Sequence record: OZ195934.1
DNA: 64,000 nucleotides
Strand: one strand, 5' to 3'
The translations under genes were made by a program, and so were the position numbers. The notes beneath the pieces were generated by a model. It made no database searches. It was not told the DNA's origin and worked only from the letters and a program-made list of their open reading frames with translations. Below are positions 35,741 through 44,126 of the stretch, piece by piece. Numbering within the stretch: the first letter of the stretch is position 1; each line of letters begins with the position of its first letter.

Positions 35741-36519
35741 AAAAACTAACATGTGATGTTATGCTGAGACGCGGCGTTGATCTACACGATGGTGATACAA
35801 TCGCGAACGTTGACGATGATGATTGGTCGGTAGCGTTCTGGGGTCAATGTTGCCAGACGATTATATCTGGTCAGAACGTATGCCCTGCTTGGGTTATTCG
35901 AAACTTCGCTTGGCGCGATTACTCGATGAACAAGCCGACTGAGGGTAGCAACTATCCGGTTGAATACAGAGTCGCAGGTGGTGGTATTGGTTTCACGACC
36001 TCCAATCATCTTGCTCAAACTAAACTAATTAAAGAATGGAGACCTTGCATGAAATCGTTGCAAGTCGATACCGTAACACCGAAGAGCGTTGAAGAACTTC
36101 TTGAAGAACTTGGGGAAATGCCGTCAACGACTGCTGAACAAGTTGTCGATGAATCACTCCCTGCTAACGGAACGCAGTCGCTGCACGAAGAAAACGGCAT
36201 GACAGATGCAGAACTAGACGAAGCACTCGACGTAATCACTGAGTTCGCGACTGAACCTGACGACCTTCCGCGCCTTGATATGTCTAAAGTTGCTACTGTG
36301 ATTTACATGGGCAAGCCTCACGCGATTATCGGTGATGACCCGTTTGACTTTGAATACATGTACCTCATCGGTGATAATCAAATCGCGGTGCGTGTTCCCA
36401 AGACTCAAGTCGCGACACAAACCGAGTTCGACGAAGCAGCGCGATTCGAGCTTGAACACAAACAGATGTGGACAACTCAAGACTACGTTCACTTGATTCG
36501 TTCTGTTCGCGAAGTGTAA
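35737..36519 (+). CDS. Hypothetical protein with acidic central region
   Basis: 260-aa ORF overlapping the upstream stop codon. Confidence 0.75.
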   Translation: MKKLTCDVMLRRGVDLHDGDTIANVDDDDWSVAFWGQCCQTIISGQNVCPAWVIRNFAWRDYSMNKPTEGSNYPVEYRVAGGGIGFTTSNHLAQTKLIKEWRPCMKSLQVDTVTPKSVEELLEELGEMPSTTAEQVVDESLPANGTQSLHEENGMTDAELDEALDVITEFATEPDDLPRLDMSKVATVIYMGKPHAIIGDDPFDFEYMYLIGDNQIAVRVPKTQVATQTEFDEAARFELEHKQMWTTQDYVHLIRSVREV

Positions 36520-36525
36520 TGTTTA

Positions 36526-36566
36526 AGCCCTCCTAAATATGTCATATAATCATATGCAGGAGGGCT
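36526..36566 (+). promoter_or_regulatory. Late-promoter candidate inside an SD-sequestering hairpin
   Basis: AGCCCTCCT (36526-36534) / AGGAGGGCT (36558-36566) perfect inverted repeat covering the SD; CTAAATA at 36533-36539. Confidence 0.75.
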
Positions 36567-36570
36567 ACGC

Positions 36571-37104
36571 ATGCCAATGCAAACATCGGGAGCTATTTCC
36601 CTTAACGATATCAAAACATACTTTGGCGGTGATACGTCTGTCCCGATGAACTCATATTATCGAGGTGGCGCGTACATCCCCGACATTACAGAAAATGCAG
36701 CAATACCTACGTCTGGACAAATCAGTATAAACAACTTCTACGGCGCTATGCGTCTAACTGCGGTTGATACTACTCGCAACACGAGTCGAAGCACTGATAG
36801 CACACGAACAACGTCGTATACGACTAGCTGGACTAGTTCATGGACGACTACATGGCAAACGAAGCGCGGTTCGTCGAGATCTACAGGTTATACAACTACA
36901 TGGTCAACAAGTACAGGCTGTGGTAAGGGTGTATGTGGATCTCAGAACACGAGTCGAAGCACATCAAGATCGACCGGTTACACAACATATTGGTACACGA
37001 GTCGAACTACAAGTCGAGGGACGAATCGCGGTACCGCTCGAAGCACAGCATATTCGTATACTACTACATGGTCGACAACATTCTCGACTCAAACACCGGA
37101 ATAA
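36571..37104 (+). CDS. Thr/Ser/Arg/Trp-rich period-4 repeat protein; predicted long beta-hairpin fibre/adhesin with an N-terminal attachment domain
   Basis: N-terminal domain with duplicated TSG.IS..(D/N) motifs, then TSRS/TSWT period-4 repeats mirrored around GCGKGVCG. Confidence 0.8.
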   Translation: MPMQTSGAISLNDIKTYFGGDTSVPMNSYYRGGAYIPDITENAAIPTSGQISINNFYGAMRLTAVDTTRNTSRSTDSTRTTSYTTSWTSSWTTTWQTKRGSSRSTGYTTTWSTSTGCGKGVCGSQNTSRSTSRSTGYTTYWYTSRTTSRGTNRGTARSTAYSYTTTWSTTFSTQTPE

Positions 37105-37106
37105 TC

Positions 37107-37316
37107 ATGACAGAAAGTGAGAAAAACGAGCTACAACGGCTCAATAATGAGGTGAATCGTTTGAATGAAGTTTGTGCTAACTTACAAGAAAGTCAAACGA
37201 TCATCCTTGAAACTATAATTGACCACATCGCGTCGCTAGATGCAGACCGCGATACATTATTGCGTAGTTACGACGATGCGATTCAACGTATCATCGATAA
37301 GCACAGTGGTGAATAA
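37107..37316 (+). CDS. Small coiled-coil protein (possible assembly partner)
   Basis: ELQRLNNEVNRLNEVCANLQE heptad pattern; 2 nt after the fibre gene stop codon. Confidence 0.7.
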   Translation: MTESEKNELQRLNNEVNRLNEVCANLQESQTIILETIIDHIASLDADRDTLLRSYDDAIQRIIDKHSGE

Positions 37317-38165
37317 ATGTTACATGAAATTCGTGAAGAGACTCAGGGGTTTAATAATGCGTGTCGTATAGGCACGCTTGTTCTCAGTGATCATAAGCCG
37401 TACGATTCGTGCTTCGAAGCACTTGAAATATTACGCTCAAATGGATATCCGTGTAACTTCGATATCAATCATGACAATGGCGGCGGGTTTAGTACGAATG
37501 AATGGGTGTCTCAGTTAAGAGCATTTTCCGTTCGCTATATGAAATCCTCTGTTCATACAAAAGCACTTGTTCAGTCATTCTATGACAATGAGCATGATCA
37601 TGTAATCGAGCTGCCGAAACGCGGGGACAAATACAAGCTAAAATCACTTGCTCCTTGTTTCAAGCAATACAATCGAATCGTGTTCATTGGTGGTACTAAT
37701 CTGATTCATTCACATATGGATTTAGACAAGATTGATGTCATTCTTGACATGGATTCTAGTGTCGTGATAAAGCCACACCCACTTACAAATGTACAAGACA
37801 TGAAAATGTTGACCGAGCGTTATGGTAAAGGTCGCGTTCTGTACAACAAATTGAATGGGATCGAATTGCTGCAACAGTGTGAGCGTGCATGGATCCCCGT
37901 CTCGTCTGAAATGTGGTTCACTTGTGCCTTTTTAGGTATCCCGTACGACACGATCACGAAGTCTGACTACGAGATTGGTGGCACGTACTACGCGATGTTA
38001 GAAGCAATGAAGATCATTCAACGTGACACTAAGTTGCCGATGAACGTCATCGCGTCGCGAATCATCACATCACCAACGTCTGGTATATACACGTCGATGT
38101 ATGCATTCAAACAAAACTATCCCAACTTCATTGCGAATGTTCAATCACATGGTGGGCGCGTATGA
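37317..38165 (+). CDS. GT-B glycosyltransferase-like protein (capsule biosynthesis KpsC/KpsS-like)
   Basis: VVIKPHP motif followed by LLQQCE...SS...FLGIP, typical of the C-terminal Rossmann domain. Confidence 0.55.
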   Translation: MLHEIREETQGFNNACRIGTLVLSDHKPYDSCFEALEILRSNGYPCNFDINHDNGGGFSTNEWVSQLRAFSVRYMKSSVHTKALVQSFYDNEHDHVIELPKRGDKYKLKSLAPCFKQYNRIVFIGGTNLIHSHMDLDKIDVILDMDSSVVIKPHPLTNVQDMKMLTERYGKGRVLYNKLNGIELLQQCERAWIPVSSEMWFTCAFLGIPYDTITKSDYEIGGTYYAMLEAMKIIQRDTKLPMNVIASRIITSPTSGIYTSMYAFKQNYPNFIANVQSHGGRV

Positions 38166-38806
38166 TCAATTTAGACATCCATACTTTAATTTCAAGTGAG
38201 GCGCAAGTCGATTCACTTATAATGTTCAGCACGTCGTTTCGATTGCATCACGCAGATAATGCAGGGGTCATTAAATGCGTCGTTCTCCCGCCAATCGATA
38301 TAGAATCATTACCGTCAATTGATGGCGTGGATTATGTTCGAACATTCACATCCAAATACGTATTCTTGTCAGTCGATAACTTTTTCATCAATAAGATCTA
38401 TGCTGTGTATAGCGCACATCGAGACCGAAACTCAATTCGTAGCTATTTCAATGATGATGAATCGACAGACTTCATGATCGTTAATGATAACGATGGCGAA
38501 GATGTTGAGAATATTCATATGAATATCAATTTCAGTTTTGACAGTCATGGGGATCGAAATGATTACTATAAACGACTGGTTCAAATGAAAGACGTGGTAA
38601 GCATCAACACTAAGAAATTCAAGCTGACCGACCGAACGCAAATAAACAGTTTGTACACTTTACTGTTCCCATGGGAGACTTACTTCGACTCGATGCGACG
38701 AGCAACTGGTCTAAGTGAAGAGTTTATCAGTGATGTGATGTTCAATTGTCAACGATTTTCACATGGCATTGTATATCGCCATAGTGGTTTATTAAATGTG
38801 AGTTAA
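38162..38806 (+). CDS. Hypothetical protein in the modification cluster
   Basis: 214 aa, translationally coupled; no motif recognised. Confidence 0.7.
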   Translation: MINLDIHTLISSEAQVDSLIMFSTSFRLHHADNAGVIKCVVLPPIDIESLPSIDGVDYVRTFTSKYVFLSVDNFFINKIYAVYSAHRDRNSIRSYFNDDESTDFMIVNDNDGEDVENIHMNINFSFDSHGDRNDYYKRLVQMKDVVSINTKKFKLTDRTQINSLYTLLFPWETYFDSMRRATGLSEEFISDVMFNCQRFSHGIVYRHSGLLNVS

Positions 38807-38808
38807 TT

Positions 38809-39495
38809 ATGAAAGAAGTTATATTGATATCAGGTCTAGACAGCATCGTTTTGTATGAAATGCTAAAGTCGGCTAGTCCGAATCTCATTCCAGTTTATTT
38901 CAAATGGGGATTTGACATTGATGACGCGGAAATCAAGATGCTGCCGTCCGGTACTAAAATTCACGAAGTCCCTGAATGGATGCAATTTGACACCGATGGC
39001 AAGCTTGGTGGGGATGAGTGTATCAACTTAGATGGGCGTGATACGATCATGATGAACTTGGTTATGCACATCTACAAGCCGTATGTTATCTACAAAGGCA
39101 CGATTGCAAACGACACGTCATATGTGGAATCTCATGTTGAATTTACTGAGAAAATAAGTAGAACGTGGCGTCTTATCAACAGACACGAGTGTGACATTAA
39201 ACATCCGTTTATAAAGAAGACTAAGCGTGATATTATCGCGTATGCTAACAAGCTCGGAATTGACGCACGTGATTATCAATATTGCTACAATGCTGTGGGT
39301 AATTGTGGCGTATGTAATAAGTGTCGAATGACTCGATTATTGAGTATGTATTCCGACAATCCTGACGTTGAATTTTTACGCAGTTATCTTGGTGAGTGTC
39401 AAAAATCAGCGACGAAGAAAATCGGCGACTACTTGGTGTCGGGTGATGTCGTCGAAGAACTAACAACTTTTTTAAGGAAGTATAATGAAAATTGA
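38809..39495 (+). CDS. QueC-like PP-loop ATP pyrophosphatase
   Basis: N-terminal ILISGLDS (degenerate SGGxDS), PF...TK..I, and C-terminal Zn site YC......CGVCNKC. Confidence 0.75.
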   Translation: MKEVILISGLDSIVLYEMLKSASPNLIPVYFKWGFDIDDAEIKMLPSGTKIHEVPEWMQFDTDGKLGGDECINLDGRDTIMMNLVMHIYKPYVIYKGTIANDTSYVESHVEFTEKISRTWRLINRHECDIKHPFIKKTKRDIIAYANKLGIDARDYQYCYNAVGNCGVCNKCRMTRLLSMYSDNPDVEFLRSYLGECQKSATKKIGDYLVSGDVVEELTTFLRKYNEN

Positions 39496-40156
39496 ACATC
39501 ATTTGATTGATGGACGTGATTTGATTGTTATTGATGATGCGTTCTCAAGCGCAGATCTTAGCACAATATCACACGTCATTCATGGGATCACTGACGCTCA
39601 TTGGGCTGAGGGGCACGACGAAAACTTGCTTCGATATTCAGGCATTCATGCCATGAACGTAGATGCAGGAACGGACAGTGCAGATAGCGTAATTCGCGGT
39701 GACTGTGTGTTTTTAGAAAACTTACCAGAACACGAATTTATATGTGGGTTGGTTGACAGTGCGATCATCAATGCGTTCTCTACTGTGTCTATCGTAAGTG
39801 ACGATGACAAGGCGAAGATACTAGAAGACAAGAACGAGTTTTTCTGCCGCGTGTTGCGATACATGCCTGGGTATTACGATGACTGTGCAGATGGCGACAA
39901 CTTCTTGCACACGGACATTCGACTTGGGGTGATGTTCACTCCCGTTATCAATCCAGAAGAGCCGCAAAGCACTCTTTATTACGAAGATGATAAATTCGAA
40001 ACGCCTGTCCTGACACTCGATCACAAGCCCGGTCGTTTAGTTGTGTTTGACGGTCGAATTGTTCATGCTCCTAGTAAGTGTTTTAAAGTACCGCGCTATG
40101 CGATGTCGCTACACAACGACAATGATATGCGCCATTATTTGTCGAAGTTTAGATAG
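39485..40156 (+). CDS. 2OG-Fe(II) oxygenase (prolyl-hydroxylase-like)
   Basis: LIVIDDAF start, HTD...KPGRLVVFDGRIVH...R facial triad and 2OG-binding Arg. Confidence 0.85.
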   Translation: MKIEHHLIDGRDLIVIDDAFSSADLSTISHVIHGITDAHWAEGHDENLLRYSGIHAMNVDAGTDSADSVIRGDCVFLENLPEHEFICGLVDSAIINAFSTVSIVSDDDKAKILEDKNEFFCRVLRYMPGYYDDCADGDNFLHTDIRLGVMFTPVINPEEPQSTLYYEDDKFETPVLTLDHKPGRLVVFDGRIVHAPSKCFKVPRYAMSLHNDNDMRHYLSKFR

Positions 40157-40162
40157 GTTATT

Positions 40163-41056
40163 ATGAGTTCAATCGAAAGAATAGCTGATAAAATGATTCA
40201 CATTTATGATGATGGAATCAAGCGTGCGCAGTGGTACTTTGGTAGTCGAACTCATGACTTTTATCTGTACGGTGTCGGTGAACTACTTGACGTAGTTCGC
40301 CAGTACCCATTCATTGACATGCAGACTAAGCCAGTGGGTACGCTTGTTAAACGTGGCGAGCCTGCGATTGTTGTTACTATCAACTCAAACGAATTGTTGC
40401 AATATGGCAATATGATCGAGACGTTGATTTACAATCGTATTTGGTATGCGTCAACCGTTGGTACAATTCTGCATAACATGCGCGATCATTTGCATTCGAA
40501 TGGATTTGATGTTTATCGTGCATTTCCTCAGATGGGTCGTGCAAGTGTCAATGAACATCAAACGAAAGTTGCTAGTGACATTTTCAGTCGTGTATTTTAC
40601 AAGCTCAATGATTCGCTACGTTCAGTTGCGACTCATAATGAAATACTCATGACTAGTGAGACGTTTTGTATTGAAAACTATCATAGTGTGATGGCTGATA
40701 CGTACGACATACGCGAGTTTTGTAAACTTGCAAACTCACTGAACTATTCAGGTGAGATTATGGTTGATTCTAAGCCAATCATTGATAACATTGAATACGT
40801 GCTATCAGAAACGCCTAATACGGTATGCCAAGTTGAATCAGTGACACGAGAGGAATGGTACGACATTGTTACTCATTTCAGTGGGAATGAACGAGTGCTA
40901 TTCGGAATTGGTAGTTGTTGTTTTACGAATGTGAATAGAGACACGCTTGGGTTCGTGTACAAGACGTGCGCGATACATCGAGGCGACGAGTGGATTGCTG
41001 TTAGTAAGCAGACTAAAAACAAAGAAACATTCAGTGGTTATGTAGAGGAATTGTGA
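40163..41056 (+). CDS. Hypothetical alpha/beta protein in the modification cluster
   Basis: 297 aa, coupled to the radical SAM gene; family not recognised. Confidence 0.7.
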   Translation: MSSIERIADKMIHIYDDGIKRAQWYFGSRTHDFYLYGVGELLDVVRQYPFIDMQTKPVGTLVKRGEPAIVVTINSNELLQYGNMIETLIYNRIWYASTVGTILHNMRDHLHSNGFDVYRAFPQMGRASVNEHQTKVASDIFSRVFYKLNDSLRSVATHNEILMTSETFCIENYHSVMADTYDIREFCKLANSLNYSGEIMVDSKPIIDNIEYVLSETPNTVCQVESVTREEWYDIVTHFSGNERVLFGIGSCCFTNVNRDTLGFVYKTCAIHRGDEWIAVSKQTKNKETFSGYVEEL

Positions 41057-42060
41057 TGAAGAAATACTGCATGGCGCCATTTGCGTCACCTGCAATCACG
41101 CCAGACGGATTTAAGCTGTGCTCATATCCCGGTCAGAAAGTGTACGACGATTTGAGCTTCTGGAATAGTGAAGAGATACAAGAACTGCGCAGGATCATTC
41201 GTGACGGCGGAACGCCCGAGTCGTGTGCTGCGTGTATGGCGTCACGTGATGGGATGTTAATTACGCACAACGTGCATGAATTACGCGATGATTACGTTCC
41301 GATCAATTTTAAGAACTTGTTCATTGCGAGAAGCAATAAGTGTGATTATGCATGTGAAATGTGCTCGTCATCAATATCGCATTCGTACGACAGGATGTTC
41401 AATGACGGTAAGATCGGGATTGTTGAGAACAATTTTGACTTGACTCCGTATCTGCACGAGACTAGACACGCTGCTATTTCGGGTGGAAACCCTGTTTTAG
41501 ATAAAAAACTCATTGAAATAATCGACCAGCTTGATGTTGATCGTCTGGAATCTATGTTCTTCACTAGTAACGGGTCGGTATTCCCAGATGCGTTTTTAGA
41601 TTCAATCAAGCGATTGGAGCGTACTGACATCAGCTTGATATTTTCAATTGACGGCCCACAAGAATACAACGAAAGCGTTCGTATCGGCTGTAAGCAATCT
41701 CGTTTTTATAGCACAGTTAAGAAAGTAATGGAGCGTGTTCGTGACAATTCGAACATTTATACATGCTTCGAATTCACTGCTACTAACACGTCGATTACTA
41801 AAATGGCAGAAATGTATGATGAAATAATCATGACTCTGACTAATGAAGAGCTGTCACGCATCAAATTTGTGTTCAATACATGTTCATTTCCGCATTCGAT
41901 GTCATGTTTCAACTTGAGCAGTGAACAGTATGCTACCATCGAGGTGCAAATTGCATACTTTGAGTCGATTATGCGAACATCGCCACAGCATTTAACTGAA
42001 GCGATTCTGAAGAGACTCCGTGAGTACAAAGAACGCTACGACTCGCAGCGAATTTTATAA
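41053..42060 (+). CDS. Radical SAM enzyme with N-terminal twitch/SPASM-like Fe-S domain
   Basis: CMAPF...LC...CAAC, then SNKCDYACEMC (CxxxCxxC), SGGNP, TSNGS, FSIDG. Confidence 0.9.
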   Translation: MMKKYCMAPFASPAITPDGFKLCSYPGQKVYDDLSFWNSEEIQELRRIIRDGGTPESCAACMASRDGMLITHNVHELRDDYVPINFKNLFIARSNKCDYACEMCSSSISHSYDRMFNDGKIGIVENNFDLTPYLHETRHAAISGGNPVLDKKLIEIIDQLDVDRLESMFFTSNGSVFPDAFLDSIKRLERTDISLIFSIDGPQEYNESVRIGCKQSRFYSTVKKVMERVRDNSNIYTCFEFTATNTSITKMAEMYDEIIMTLTNEELSRIKFVFNTCSFPHSMSCFNLSSEQYATIEVQIAYFESIMRTSPQHLTEAILKRLREYKERYDSQRIL

Positions 42061-43149
42061 TATAATTGACTGATCGATGAAAGACAGTAACACAGGGGAA
42101 GACTTTTCTAAGTCTTCCCTTTTTGCTTTCTGCAACGTCTCTTTACAAAATGCGAGCCAATTCACGTGTGAGTATTTCGAGAATGATTGAACAGACTTCA
42201 ACTCATTCAACACGCGTCTGTTTGCAGTGCAATCGTCTGCGTTTTGCATTACCGAAATTGAGTGTTTCATGAAGTCTGGGTGCGCGTTTGACATAGCCAT
42301 ATTCGTCGGCATTGATATGAACCCAATTCCAATCTCAATGTCAGGGAACGCACTCGTCAGTTCAGGGAATCGCTCGATGTTATACAGTGTAATCGTAGCA
42401 AGAAGAGACACATCGTACATGCTACGATAAGTCTTCGCCTTGCTAATGAACTCACAAAGCCGATTGTAGTTGATGAATCGTCGCTGCACGTTGTTCACAT
42501 CTTCAACACCATCGATTGATATAACCAATCTAACGTGCTTGCCTGACATGTGCAGGTTGAACATATGAGTGAAGAAATCGCTACCATCCCGCATCGTAGA
42601 TGAATTACCATTTGTTACGATGGTCACTTCGTTTACATCGGCATCAATCAGAGATTCTACAAGTTCAGTCCCGCGCTTCATATCCTGCAAATTACCACCA
42701 AGTATTCGTATCGTATCTGCACCAGTCACATCATTGATCGATTGTATACACTCATCGATATTGTCGATGTTTTGAATCTGTTCTGGGTTGTATTGTTTCG
42801 AATACGTTCGAGAAAACTCGTCGCCACACATTATACACGCGCCTGAACACTCATTTGACGGGTACAATATCAAATTGCGCACATCGCTGACTGATACATT
42901 GGTTGAAATTACCGCGTTGTCTTGTTGGAATCGATGTTGTAGATCAGATGAAATACAATACTTGCACGAATCGGGTAGGTCATCGAATCGATGTTCGATC
43001 ATTGCTTCACGCACGTCAGTGATTGTTTTGTTGTTTAATGCGCTTGATGCGTCAGTGTCATTGTAGCGTATGTATGACATACAGCATGAGCTATATGATT
43101 CAGCGGCAATCCCGAAGTCAGTGAATGGGGCAGTGCAAAGAGGTTTCAT
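42055..43149 (-). CDS. Radical SAM enzyme with N-terminal twitch/SPASM-like Fe-S domain
   Basis: CTAPF...SCC...CKYC, SNECSGACIMC, LGGN, VTNG, ISIDG. Confidence 0.9.
   Translation of the reverse strand: MKPLCTAPFTDFGIAAESYSSCCMSYIRYNDTDASSALNNKTITDVREAMIEHRFDDLPDSCKYCISSDLQHRFQQDNAVISTNVSVSDVRNLILYPSNECSGACIMCGDEFSRTYSKQYNPEQIQNIDNIDECIQSINDVTGADTIRILGGNLQDMKRGTELVESLIDADVNEVTIVTNGNSSTMRDGSDFFTHMFNLHMSGKHVRLVISIDGVEDVNNVQRRFINYNRLCEFISKAKTYRSMYDVSLLATITLYNIERFPELTSAFPDIEIGIGFISMPTNMAMSNAHPDFMKHSISVMQNADDCTANRRVLNELKSVQSFSKYSHVNWLAFCKETLQKAKREDLEKSSPVLLSFIDQSIIL
42096..42124 (+). terminator. Rho-independent terminator for the + strand operon, lying within the convergent radical SAM gene
   Basis: GGGAAGACTT-TTCT-AAGTCTTCCC-TTTTT, perfect 10-bp stem. 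Confidence 0.8.
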
Positions 43150-43185
43150 AGTTTATTCTCATAATATTCGATGTATAATTAATTC

Positions 43186-43192
43186 TATTTAG
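43186..43192 (-). promoter_or_regulatory. Late-promoter candidate CTAAATA
   Basis: Reverse strand reads CTAAATA, 37 nt upstream of the 43149 start codon. Confidence 0.5.
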
Positions 43193-43202
43193 CGGGGTTT
43201 AT

Positions 43203-44126
43203 ATGAACCGAATAGCGTCATTCAATCGAGTCGATTCGTCATACGATTACATAACAGATAACGGGCTTGCCAATGTCCCGACAGTATTACAAGCACTGTA
43301 CAATATGATGATTGCGACTGATCGCGATGTTGAATACGGAGTTTCAACTGACAGAACCGACGTTCTGTATCTCGGTATATGTTTTGTTGAATATTCATAC
43401 AACACAGATCGCGAACATTTTAACGATGTCATACGCATGATTGGATCGTCGAATCGCATTGTGATTGTGTATAACTCATGGCAGGTCAAGGGTGCATTGA
43501 AATGGATTCGCGATAATGTCAATCTGAGTTCTTCGCTTGAGCGTGTACTCTCCGCTGATATTGCACTTGCACCGTTATATGAAAATCACGACGTTGAGTT
43601 GATAGAGCAAACATTCGGTCATCGCGTGTTGACATACAACCCGTCGATGCATATTGATTGCAAAGACTACGGGACATTTACTCGAAACAAAAAACGACAA
43701 GTTGTGTATGGAGAGCTTGATATGAATCTCGCGTCTACGTTTACTCAACGTTTCAATATACCAGAATCAGAATTCTTGATGTTCAATTTCAAAAATGTCA
43801 TACACGAAAAGCTGTTAGTTGAAAAGTATTACAGCGAGTCGTGGTTTGTTTTGATGCCGTCTCACTTGGGTGATACGTGCGGTATGGGTTTCTGGCGTTC
43901 GAAAGTACAACACGCGATTAATGTAGGCTCGATAATCATCACCGATGAGCATGAATATTGCAATCTCGGTGAAGCATTTCGCTATACGTACGACGACGTT
44001 CGCTGTATGAGCGACGACGAGCTTTTAGCGGTAGCACATGAACAATGTATCGCGTTTGAAATGAACCTCTCAGAGACGCGTACGCTTGCGAATTTCGACC
44101 AACAATTGAGGAGTATCAGCTTGTGA
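43203..44126 (+). CDS. GT-B glycosyltransferase-like protein resembling T4 beta-glucosyltransferase
   Basis: KKRQVVYG and FWRSKVQHAINVGSIIITDE recall T4 BGT KKTLDVIYGG and RVWETMASDAVMLIDE (alignment from memory, not computed). Confidence 0.5.
   Translation: MNRIASFNRVDSSYDYITDNGLANVPTVLQALYNMMIATDRDVEYGVSTDRTDVLYLGICFVEYSYNTDREHFNDVIRMIGSSNRIVIVYNSWQVKGALKWIRDNVNLSSSLERVLSADIALAPLYENHDVELIEQTFGHRVLTYNPSMHIDCKDYGTFTRNKKRQVVYGELDMNLASTFTQRFNIPESEFLMFNFKNVIHEKLLVEKYYSESWFVLMPSHLGDTCGMGFWRSKVQHAINVGSIIITDEHEYCNLGEAFRYTYDDVRCMSDDELLAVAHEQCIAFEMNLSETRTLANFDQQLRSISL

Noticed and set aside
36571-37104. Diversity-generating retroelement target or simple low-complexity artefact
   Set aside because: No reverse transcriptase or template repeat is seen; the codons vary between repeats, so the pattern is maintained at protein level rather than by DNA slippage.
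38809-39495. Assigning the gene symbol queC
   Set aside because: The PP-loop is degenerate and the gene lies far from queE in a different operon; only fold-level similarity is supported.
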